Below, in pieces: positions 56,075-64,000 of a stretch of 64,000 nucleotides of DNA (positions are counted from its first letter, which is position 1; each line of letters begins with the position of its first letter). The translations under genes were made by a program, and so were the position numbers. This DNA comes from Clostridia bacterium (GTDB lineage: Bacteria; Bacillota; Clostridia; RGIG6154), in assembly GCA_045589295.1 (NCBI GenBank), contig JAZNOU010000012.1, positions 96,001 to 160,000 of the forward strand. The letters run 5' to 3'. The notes under the pieces were generated by a model, which worked only from the letters and a program-made list of their open reading frames with translations, did not search any database and was not told the origin of the DNA.

Positions 56075-57973
56075 ATGAAAAATGGATTTTTACCAACAAC
56101 TAAAGATGAATTAATTGAGCGTGGCATAGACCAACTTGATTTTGTGCTTGTTTCGGCTGATGCGTATGTTGACCATCCGTCTTTTGGTCATGCAATTATT
56201 TCAAGAGTGTTGGAGTCAGAAGGTTTTACTGTTGGTATTATTGCTCAGCCTGACTGGCATAGTAAAGAAGATTTTATGCGTCTTGGCAAGCCAAGACTTG
56301 CTTTTTTGGTAAGCACCGGGAATATTGATTCAATGGTGTGCCACTATACTGCATCAAAAAAGAAAAGAAATGATGACAGTTATTCGCCCGGAGGCAAGGC
56401 AGGATACCGTCCGGACCGTCCTGCAATTGTTTATACAAACCGAATTAAAGAGGCGTATGTCAAAGTGCCAGTTATTATTGGCGGTATTGAGGCATCATTA
56501 AGAAGATTTGCGCACTATGATTATTGGGACGATAAAGTTCGTCATTCTATTTTAATTGATTCGGGAGCAGACCTTGTTATCTACGGAATGGGTGAAAAAC
56601 CTATTACAGAAATTGCAAAAAGGCTTGATATGGGGATACCTTTGAGCGAAATTACAGATGTTGAGGGAACTTGCTATTTAAGCAAAACAATTCCCGAAAA
56701 ATGTTTTGCGTGTCACTCATATAACGAGGTTAGAAGCGATAAGAAAAAATACGCCGAAAGCTTTATGATACAATATAAAAATCAGGACCCGTTCTCAGGG
56801 AATATTGTAATTCAGCAACATGGCGATATGTACGTGGTACAAAACAAACCGGCAAAACCGCTTTCAACCAGAGAGATGGACAAGGTTTATTCACTACCTT
56901 ATGTGGGAACTTATCATCCTGATTATGAAAAAGACGGCGGAATTCCGGCAATCGAAGAAGTTAAGTTTTCACTTGTTTCGTCAAGAGGTTGTTTTGGAAA
57001 TTGTTCGTTTTGTGCGCTTGCTTTCCATCAGGGCAGAATTATTTCTGCAAGAAGCGAAAAATCACTTTTAAAAGAGGCTGAAAAGCTTGTGTGGGATCCC
57101 GATTTTAAAGGTTACATCCATGATGTAGGCGGACCTACTGCAAACTTCAGAAAACCTTCCTGCAAAAAGCAGGGCGAAAAGGGAAGTTGCCCCAAAAGAC
57201 AGTGTTTGTTCCCTGTTCCTTGCGAAAATCTTGAGGTTGACCATAAGGAATACGCCTCGCTTTTAAGGAAGCTTTCAGAAATTCCAAAAGTAAAAAAAGT
57301 GTTTGTACGTTCGGGTATAAGATATGATTATTTAATTTATGATAAAGATGACACGTTTTTCAATCAGCTATGTGAGAATCATATAAGTGGTCAGCTGAAA
57401 GTAGCACCAGAGCACGTTTCTGATGATGTTCTTTATTATATGGGTAAACCGTCATTTGAGGTTTACAAAAGATTTGCTCAAAAGTATAAAGCGATAAACG
57501 AAAAACTAGGCAAAAAACAGTTTTTAGTGCCTTATTTAATGTCAAGTCATCCCGGCTCAACTCTCCACGATGCTATACTTTTAGCTGAGTATTTAAGAGA
57601 TATAAATTACTCACCCGAGCAGGTGCAGGATTTTTATCCCACCCCTGGAACTCTTTCAACCTGTATGTATTTTACAGGGCTTGACCCAAGAGATATGAGC
57701 AAGGTTTATGTTCCAAAAAGTTACGAGGAAAAGAAAATGCAAAGGGCACTGCTTCAATACAGACGTCCTGAAAATTATGAAATTGTAAAAAAAGCGCTGC
57801 TTAAGGCAGGCAGAGCTGATTTAATAGGATTTGAAAAGCATTGTTTGATAAAACCGCGTGTGATCAAAGGAGGAAATAAAAATGAGCGCACAGATAATAG
57901 ACGGCAAAAAAGTGTCGGCAAGAATAAAAGAGGAATTAAAGCAGGAGGTAGCAAAACTAAAAGAAGAAGGTAA
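56075..57973 (+). CDS. YgiQ-family radical SAM protein
   Basis: [20 protein letters not shown] (CxxxCxxC), DVGGPTAN and QVQDFYPTP motifs. Confidence 0.93.
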   Translation: MKNGFLPTTKDELIERGIDQLDFVLVSADAYVDHPSFGHAIISRVLESEGFTVGIIAQPDWHSKEDFMRLGKPRLAFLVSTGNIDSMVCHYTASKKKRNDDSYSPGGKAGYRPDRPAIVYTNRIKEAYVKVPVIIGGIEASLRRFAHYDYWDDKVRHSILIDSGADLVIYGMGEKPITEIAKRLDMGIPLSEITDVEGTCYLSKTIPEKCFACHSYNEVRSDKKKYAESFMIQYKNQDPFSGNIVIQQHGDMYVVQNKPAKPLSTREMDKVYSLPYVGTYHPDYEKDGGIPAIEEVKFSLVSSRGCFGNCSFCALAFHQGRIISARSEKSLLKEAEKLVWDPDFKGYIHDVGGPTANFRKPSCKKQGEKGSCPKRQCLFPVPCENLEVDHKEYASLLRKLSEIPKVKKVFVRSGIRYDYLIYDKDDTFFNQLCENHISGQLKVAPEHVSDDVLYYMGKPSFEVYKRFAQKYKAINEKLGKKQFLVPYLMSSHPGSTLHDAILLAEYLRDINYSPEQVQDFYPTPGTLSTCMYFTGLDPRDMSKVYVPKSYEEKKMQRALLQYRRPENYEIVKKALLKAGRADLIGFEKHCLIKPRVIKGGNKNERTDNRRQKSVGKNKRGIKAGGSKTKRRR

Positions 57974-58727
57974 AACGGTTGGTCTTGCAGTTATGATTGT
58001 AGGTAACAACTCGGCCTCAAGAGTGTATGTCGACAACAAAAAAAAGGCGTGTGCTGAAATCGGCATTTATTCTGAAGAATATGCACTTCCTGAACAGACA
58101 ACTCAGCAGGAAATTCTACAGATTATCGAAAAGCTTAATAAAAAAGATGATATTGACGGCATTTTAGTTCAGCTTCCGCTTCCTAAACATATTGACGAAA
58201 AAGCGGTAATCAATACAATTGCCCCTAAAAAAGATGTTGATGCATTCCACCCTGTTAATGTAGGAAAAATTATGATTGGCGATTTTGATTTTGTGCCGTG
58301 TACCCCTGCAGGCGTGATGGAGCTTATTAAAGAAAGCGGAATTGACGTTAAGGGTAAGGAATGTGTTGTAATAGGAAGAAGCAACATTGTAGGAAAGCCT
58401 CAGGCAATGCTGTTGCTCCACAGCAACGCTACCGTTACAATCTGCCATTCAAAAACTGTTGACCTTAAGGAAGTTACAAAGCGTGCCGACGTTTTGGTTG
58501 CGGCAGTTGGAATTGCGAAATTTGTCAAGGCGGATATGGTTAAAGAAGGTGCTGTTGTAATTGATGTCGGTATGAACAGAGATGAAAACGGAAAACTTTG
58601 CGGAGACGTTGATTTTGAAGAAGTAAAAAATGTTGCATCAGCCATTACACCTGTTCCGGGCGGCGTAGGACCTATGACTATTGCAATGCTTATGAAAAAC
58701 ACCGTAAAATCAGCAACAATTAAATAA
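57882..58727 (+). CDS. folD: Bifunctional methylene-THF dehydrogenase/cyclohydrolase
   Basis: [29 protein letters not shown] and [11 protein letters not shown] motifs; AGGAGG RBS inside ygiQ. Confidence 0.97.
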   Translation: MSAQIIDGKKVSARIKEELKQEVAKLKEEGKTVGLAVMIVGNNSASRVYVDNKKKACAEIGIYSEEYALPEQTTQQEILQIIEKLNKKDDIDGILVQLPLPKHIDEKAVINTIAPKKDVDAFHPVNVGKIMIGDFDFVPCTPAGVMELIKESGIDVKGKECVVIGRSNIVGKPQAMLLLHSNATVTICHSKTVDLKEVTKRADVLVAAVGIAKFVKADMVKEGAVVIDVGMNRDENGKLCGDVDFEEVKNVASAITPVPGGVGPMTIAMLMKNTVKSATIK

Positions 58728-58731
58728 ATAT

Positions 58732-58771
58732 AAAAGAAAAAAACACCAAGTTTTTGGTGTTTTTTCTTTTT
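58732..58771. terminator. Bidirectional terminator
   Basis: A-rich flank, AAACACCAA...TTGGTGTTT hairpin, T-rich flank. Confidence 0.8.
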
Positions 58772-58844
58772 AAATTTTTAATAGCGGATATTACAGATGT
58801 TGTCTGCATATTCATTTAAGCACATAACCTTTTTTAGTCTTAAA

Positions 58845-59957
58845 TTAAGATACTGTTGTTCCCTTTGGTATTATCAGGGGAATTTCTTTAGACCCGCAAA
58901 GCGCTACATTTTCATTTATTGTTACATTTTTATCAATTATTACGTATTCAAGGCGTGCACCTTTTCCTATTTTAGAACCTTGCATTACAATGCAGTTTTG
59001 TACTAAAGCACCTGCTTTTAATTTAACGTCTCTGAAAAATATAGAATTTTTTGCAATTCCTGTTAATGTGCATCCGTCGGCTATAATGCAGTTTTCCACA
59101 ACTGAGTTTTTATGATAAAAAGTAGGGGCCTCGTCGCGGACTTTGGTGTAAACAGGTGCTCCTTTTGAAAAAATTTCATCACGTACTTTAAGATCCATAA
59201 GTTTAAAATTATTTTCAAAATACGATTTTATGCTGTGGTTTTTCAAAACGGTTTTTTCAAATTTGAAAACATTTACATTCAGATTTCCCAGATTAAATTC
59301 ATCTTGCAGAAAATCTCTTTCAAAACTGAACCTTCCGCGTGCAACATAGTTTTGTACTGCGGTTATGAGCATCTTACGGTCAATTACAAACATTCCCATT
59401 CCCAAAAGAAAGTCATCTGCAACAGGTTTTCCTATTGAAATATCTGTTGCTTTTCCGCTTGTTTCTTTTACAAACAGGTCTGTTGGGGCAAAATTCGTCT
59501 TATCGGGAGATGCAATAACAGTTATGTCGGCTTTGGATTTTTTGTGGTTTTCAAGAACGTCTTCAAAATTTATATTGCAGATTACCGTTGTATCACACAT
59601 AATAACATACTTTTCTTTGCGGGTGTATAAAAAAGAAAGCGCGTTTTCCAAAGCCTCTAAATTCCCTCTGTAAACGTTGGTAAATCCCGTTGCAAAGGGG
59701 GGGATAATGTAAACACCTGAATTTTTTCTGTTTAAGTCCCATTCGCTGCAACTTCCCAAGTGGTCCATAAGCGACTGATAGTTGTATTTTGTTATAATTC
59801 CAATTGATGTTAATCCTGAGTTCGACATATTTGAAAGCACAAAGTCAATAAATCTGTATCTTCCTCCAAATGGCATTGACGCAACTGTTCTGCGTTTGGT
59901 GAGTTCTCCCATGGGGGCGTCATACAGATTAGAAAAAATAATTCCTGCCGCGTTCAT
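58845..59957 (-). CDS. glgD: Glucose-1-phosphate adenylyltransferase subunit GlgD
   Basis: ASMPFGGRYRFIDF, SLMDHLGS..WDL and YTKVRDEAPT motifs; lacks the GGxGxRL motif. Confidence 0.93.
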   Translation of the reverse strand: MNAAGIIFSNLYDAPMGELTKRRTVASMPFGGRYRFIDFVLSNMSNSGLTSIGIITKYNYQSLMDHLGSCSEWDLNRKNSGVYIIPPFATGFTNVYRGNLEALENALSFLYTRKEKYVIMCDTTVICNINFEDVLENHKKSKADITVIASPDKTNFAPTDLFVKETSGKATDISIGKPVADDFLLGMGMFVIDRKMLITAVQNYVARGRFSFERDFLQDEFNLGNLNVNVFKFEKTVLKNHSIKSYFENNFKLMDLKVRDEIFSKGAPVYTKVRDEAPTFYHKNSVVENCIIADGCTLTGIAKNSIFFRDVKLKAGALVQNCIVMQGSKIGKGARLEYVIIDKNVTINENVALCGSKEIPLIIPKGTTVS

Positions 59958-59959
59958 AA

Positions 59960-61126
59960 TTAAACCTCCTGACCCTGTAGTTTTAAACCTCTTTTAACGA
60001 TTTTGTTATGTTCAATTACACTTATTTTTCTGTTGTTTGTTCCCACCTGTGCATTTTCTTCAATAATGCAGTTTTCGCCGATTATTGAGTAATTTATCAA
60101 AGCGCCGCTCTTTACAACAGTGTTCGGCATTATAACGCTGTTTTGAACTATTGCATTTTCTGCTATTTCACAACCTACCGATACAATTGAGTTTAACACT
60201 TTGCCCTTAATAATACAGCCTTCTGCTACGAATGAGTTATCCAAAACTGCATTTTCTGAAATATAGCTTGATGGCTTGGCGTAGTTTCTGGCATAAATTT
60301 TAAAGTTGGGGTCTTTGAGTTGGATAGGTATTTCGGGGGCTAAAAGATCCATGTTTGCTTCCCACAGACTTTCTATAGTTCCTACGTCTTTCCAGTATCC
60401 ATCAAAAAGATACGCAAAAAGGCGTTTTTCATCTTTTAAAAGCTTTGGAATAATATCTTTGCCGAAATCGTTTGATGAGAGTGGGTTTTGTTCATCTTTT
60501 ATCAGATACTCTTTCAAAAGTGTCCAGTTAAATATATAAATACCCATTGAAGCTTTTGTGCTTTTGGGGTTTTTGGGTTTTTCTTCAAATTCGTAGATTT
60601 TAAAGTCTGGAGTTAAATTCATAATCCCAAATCTTGATGCTTCACTTAAAGTTACATCCAACACGGCAATAGTACAGTCTGCACCTTTTTCCTTATGAAA
60701 CTCGAGCATTTTGGAATAGTCCATTTTATAGATATGGTCGCCCGATAAAATTATTACATACTCCGGATTGTATCGTTCAATAAATTTTATGTTTTGGTAG
60801 ATTGCATTTGCAGTACCTTTGTACCATTCGCTTTTTTTGCTTTTGGCATACGGCGGAAGAATGTGAACGCCTCCGAAGCTGCTGTTTAATCCCCAAGGCC
60901 GACCGTTACCTATATAATCGTTAAGTTCCAAGGGTTGATACTGCGTCATAATGCCTACTGTATCAAGACCTGAATTTACGCAGTTTGATAACGGAAAGTC
61001 AATAATTCTGTATTTTCCGCCAAACGGGACAGCGGGTTTTGCGGTATGTTTTGTAAGTACGCCAAGTCTGCTTCCTTGGCCGCCTGCTAAAAGCATTGCT
61101 ACACATTTTTTTCGTCTTTGACTCAT
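59960..61126 (-). CDS. glgC: Glucose-1-phosphate adenylyltransferase
   Basis: [40 protein letters not shown] and YWKDVGT motifs. Confidence 0.96.
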   Translation of the reverse strand: MSQRRKKCVAMLLAGGQGSRLGVLTKHTAKPAVPFGGKYRIIDFPLSNCVNSGLDTVGIMTQYQPLELNDYIGNGRPWGLNSSFGGVHILPPYAKSKKSEWYKGTANAIYQNIKFIERYNPEYVIILSGDHIYKMDYSKMLEFHKEKGADCTIAVLDVTLSEASRFGIMNLTPDFKIYEFEEKPKNPKSTKASMGIYIFNWTLLKEYLIKDEQNPLSSNDFGKDIIPKLLKDEKRLFAYLFDGYWKDVGTIESLWEANMDLLAPEIPIQLKDPNFKIYARNYAKPSSYISENAVLDNSFVAEGCIIKGKVLNSIVSVGCEIAENAIVQNSVIMPNTVVKSGALINYSIIGENCIIEENAQVGTNNRKISVIEHNKIVKRGLKLQGQEV

Positions 61127-61436
61127 TATTAATCCTCCTAATCAAAATTTTTATAGTAAACGGCACAAATCGGCGGAATTGTCAGACATAGCAAAAAGGC
61201 AGATTGTGCATAGGTGACTTTTTGCTTTTAAGTTTTTATTTATCATAGTGGTCATTCCTTATTTCTGACGTTATCATATATTATATAAATTTTGTCCAAT
61301 TTTTATGTTATTTTTTTGTGTATGGAGGGAAAAATAAGCAAAACTTTCTTCACATTGAAAAAGAAATGCAAAATTTTTTAAAAAATTATTAAAAAAGTAT
61401 TGAATTTTTTTTGAAAATAGTTTATTATATAAGTAA

Positions 61437-61475
61437 AAGTGGGGGAAAGTGTCATGAGTTGGTAACAAAGTGGGA
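61437..61475 (+). promoter_or_regulatory. MraZ-binding direct repeats
   Basis: GTGG/GTGT/TTGG/GTGG at ~10-bp spacing (61439, 61449, 61459, 61470) upstream of mraZ. Confidence 0.7.
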
Positions 61476-61510
61476 CTTTTTTCTGATATTTTAATGAAAG
61501 GAGCAGGTAT

Positions 61511-61942
61511 ATGCTTATAGGTGAATACACACATAGTTTAGACCCAAAAGGCAGACTTATTATGCCTGCTAAATTCAGAGAAGATATTGGTTCTCACTTT
61601 TATGTAACAATCGGAACTGATGCTTGCCTTCGTGCTTATTCATTTGAAGAATGGGAAAAGTATAAGGCTAAAATAGAAGCTCTTCCTGATAGTGACATCA
61701 AGGCACGTCAGTATAAAAGAGCAATCTTTTCAAATTCAAATGAGTGCGAAGTGGACAAGCAGGGCAGAATTTTAATAGCTTCAAACCTTAAAAACTATGC
61801 AAAGCTTGAAAAAGATGTTGTTATAATAGGGCAGTCGTCATACATAGAAATATGGAGCCTTGATAACTGGAATAATTACAACAAAGAGCAGGATATTAAT
61901 CTTGACGAGTTAGTGAGCGGGCTTTCAGATTACGGGTTATAA
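61511..61942 (+). CDS. mraZ: Division/cell wall cluster repressor MraZ
   Basis: GEYTHSLDPKGRLIMP, DKQGRI and IEIW motifs. Confidence 0.96.
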   Translation: MLIGEYTHSLDPKGRLIMPAKFREDIGSHFYVTIGTDACLRAYSFEEWEKYKAKIEALPDSDIKARQYKRAIFSNSNECEVDKQGRILIASNLKNYAKLEKDVVIIGQSSYIEIWSLDNWNNYNKEQDINLDELVSGLSDYGL

Positions 61943-61944
61943 AA

Positions 61945-62877
61945 ATGGAATTTTCACATGTTTCGGTTTTACTTGAAGAGAGTATTAACGCACTTTCTGT
62001 TAAGCAAGTTGGAATATATGTGGACGGTACGTTAGGAGGAGGAGGTCACTCCTCCCGACTGCTAACACATTCAGATGGAGCTAAACTCATTGGAATTGAC
62101 AGAGATAAAGAGGCGCTGTCTGCTGCAAGAAAGAGGCTTGAGTGTTTTGGTGACAGGGTTTCGTACTGTCATGGGAACTACTGCGAAATAAAACAAATTT
62201 TAAAAGACAAGGGCATTGATAAAATAGATGGTGCAATTTTAGACCTTGGAGTATCTTCGTATCAGCTTGATAATGGTGAGAGGGGATTTTCCTATAATCA
62301 TAATGCAAAGCTTGATATGAGAATGGACAGATCTAAAGGTATAACTGCCTATGACGTTGTTAACGGATATGAAAAGCATGAGCTTGTAAGAATTTTTCGC
62401 GACTACGGCGAGGAAAAGTTTGCAAGCCAAATTGCAAACAAAATCATTGGTTTCAGACAAACAAAGCCTGTTGAAACCACGTTCGAGCTTTCAGAACTGA
62501 TTAAGGAAGGGATTCCGGCGGCAAAGAGGCGCGAAGGTGGCCACCCTGCGAAAAGGGTTTTTCAGGCTATTCGTATAGAGGTAAATGGCGAGCTTGAGGT
62601 TTTAAGACAATCAGTTGAAGATTTCTTTGACTGTTTAAAACCCGGCGGAAGACTTGCCATAATAACATTCCATTCTTTGGAAGACAGAATAGTAAAGCAA
62701 AGCTTTAACGATTTTTGTAAAGGATGCACCTGTCCTCCGGATTTCCCTATTTGCGTATGCGGGAACAAACCAAGAGGCAGATTAGTGTTTAAAAAACCTG
62801 TTATTGCAGGTGGGGCAGAGCTTGAAGTAAACTCACGTTCATCGTGTGCAAAGCTAAGAGTTATTGAAAAATTGTAA
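61945..62877 (+). CDS. rsmH: 16S rRNA m4C1402 methyltransferase
   Basis: HVSVLL, DGTLGGGGHS, DLGVSS, FQAIRIEVN and FHSLEDR motifs. Confidence 0.97.
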   Translation: MEFSHVSVLLEESINALSVKQVGIYVDGTLGGGGHSSRLLTHSDGAKLIGIDRDKEALSAARKRLECFGDRVSYCHGNYCEIKQILKDKGIDKIDGAILDLGVSSYQLDNGERGFSYNHNAKLDMRMDRSKGITAYDVVNGYEKHELVRIFRDYGEEKFASQIANKIIGFRQTKPVETTFELSELIKEGIPAAKRREGGHPAKRVFQAIRIEVNGELEVLRQSVEDFFDCLKPGGRLAIITFHSLEDRIVKQSFNDFCKGCTCPPDFPICVCGNKPRGRLVFKKPVIAGGAELEVNSRSSCAKLRVIEKL

Positions 62878-62885
62878 AAAAGGAG

Positions 62886-63356
62886 ATGATACCGTTGGCA
62901 CAAACAAGTACAGCTTATGATAATGCACTATATACACCTCAGCCGACTGTTGAGGTTGAGCAGCCCAAGGTCAGAAAAGCCAGTAAACAAAAAGCAAAAG
63001 CAAATCTTGTTGTAAGAGCATCAGTGGCGGTACTTTTCCTTATGATATTTACCGTTGTGTTAAGATACACAATGATAAACGAAAGATTGGCGCAGATAAA
63101 TTCGCTTGAAAAAGAGCTTCAGGAATTAACTGCCGCAAATGAACAGCATATGGTTTATTTGGACAGAAGTTCGGATCTTAAAAGTGTTGAGCAAACAGCT
63201 AAAACCGAACTTAACATGGGCGTCCCTCAAAGCCACCAGGTCGTAAATGTCAGCTTAAATATGAAAGACAAGACTATAAAACCCGTTCAGGAGAAAAACG
63301 GCTTTTTAAATTCTGCCAAAAGCGTTATATCTTATTGTCTGGAATATTTATATTAA
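62886..63356 (+). CDS. ftsL: Cell division protein FtsL-like / septum formation initiator
   Basis: Single TM, coiled coil, VEQTAKTELNM; position after rsmH. Confidence 0.7.
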   Translation: MIPLAQTSTAYDNALYTPQPTVEVEQPKVRKASKQKAKANLVVRASVAVLFLMIFTVVLRYTMINERLAQINSLEKELQELTAANEQHMVYLDRSSDLKSVEQTAKTELNMGVPQSHQVVNVSLNMKDKTIKPVQEKNGFLNSAKSVISYCLEYLY

Positions 63357-63374
63357 TCAAACTCATAAGTATGT

Positions 63375-63406
63375 AAAAGGGATTTATAAAATGTAAATCC
63401 CTTTTT
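63375..63406 (+). terminator. Hairpin/terminator after ftsL
   Basis: AAAAGGGATTTA...TAAATCCCTTTTT. Confidence 0.65.
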
Positions 63407-63457
63407 ATGTCTTTTTAAGACGCGCAGCAGTGTTGCGGAAAGGAAATCATAAAAAGT

Positions 63458-64000
63458 ATGAACAAATTGGGCAAAGGTGTTAAAATAAGATTAGTAGGTT
63501 CGCTTTATTTAGTGTTTGCTCTGCTGGCACTTTTGGTTGTACGCATATCATATCACCAGTTTGTAAAAGGTGAAGAATACAGCCGCATGGCAATCGAACA
63601 GCAAACCCGTGACAGAATAATCAGTTCCAAGAGAGGAACCATTTATGACCGAAATATGAAACCTTTGGCAGTATCTGCATCGGTTGAAACCGTTACTGCC
63701 AATCCCAGCGTTGTAAAAGCGGAAAAGCAGGCAGAAGAAACAGCCAGATACCTAGCTGACATTCTTGGTGAAGAATATAATGATATATATAAAAAGCTGA
63801 CTAAAAACAGCAGTTATGAATACATAAAAAGAAAAATTGAGTCAGAACAGGCTGAGCAAATCAAGAAATTAATGGCGGAAGGCAAACTAAAAGGCATAAG
63901 TCTTGATGAAGACTCAAAGAGATATTATCCTTATTCAAACTTTGCCTCCCACGTAATAGGTTTTACGGGAATAGACAATCAGGGACTTTCTGGAATTGAA
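63458..64000 (+). CDS. Class B penicillin-binding protein (SpoVD/FtsI-like), 3' partial
   Basis: ATG 63458: MNKLGKGVKIRL...TM...KRGTIYDRN...KRYYP...GFTG...GLSGIE (PBP dimerisation domain); runs off the window. Confidence 0.88.
   Translation, partial: MNKLGKGVKIRLVGSLYLVFALLALLVVRISYHQFVKGEEYSRMAIEQQTRDRIISSKRGTIYDRNMKPLAVSASVETVTANPSVVKAEKQAEETARYLADILGEEYNDIYKKLTKNSSYEYIKRKIESEQAEQIKKLMAEGKLKGISLDEDSKRYYPYSNFASHVIGFTGIDNQGLSGIE

Noticed and set aside
61274-61534. 86-aa minus-strand ORF between glgC and mraZ
   Set aside because: Covers the mraZ promoter and operator repeats; low-complexity Phe/Lys/Asn content typical of AT-rich non-coding DNA.

Overview
Low-GC Clostridia-like (Firmicutes) chromosomal window, probably from a spore-forming, pectin/uronate-using gut or rumen lineage (inferred from an SLH S-layer, eda/kdgK, an SGNH acetylesterase and a spoVD-like PBP). 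It is mostly housekeeping: 3' end of pnp, gap, S-layer gene, greA, a glycine-riboswitch-controlled Na+/Ala-Gly symporter, mreB, yggS-apgM, a Na+-pumping oxaloacetate decarboxylase operon, femX-racemase, AraC plus two tandem Gfo/Idh/MocA genes, a Wzm/Wzt-glycosyltransferase surface-glycan locus, fadD-trxB, eda-kdgK, yebC-trmL-whiA-dnaE, ftsZ, rplU-rpmA-obgE-nadD-yqeK-rsfS-leuS, dnaG-sigA, ygiQ-folD, glgCD and mraZ-rsmH-ftsL-PBP. I saw no CRISPR array, rRNA, tRNA, transposase, integrase or phage gene. The most interesting stretch is an AT-rich accessory islet at about 16.8-19.45 kb. It holds a propeptide-less MMP-like (matrixin) protease coupled to a protein with a TIMP/NTR-like sequence pattern, two promoter-leader-terminator units (one a ~115-nt hairpin with a possible switch), two paralogous Zn-finger lipoproteins (one truncated at a dispersed palindromic repeat) and small ORFs. 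Other candidates are an unannotated 31-aa N/Q-rich microprotein, a decarboxylase beta subunit fused to a secreted domain, a 41-aa hydrophobic peptide upstream of an SdpI-like gene, a Fem transferase paired with an atypical racemase, and joint absence of prp and the L27 N-terminal extension. All family calls come from motif recognition by eye; no searches were run.
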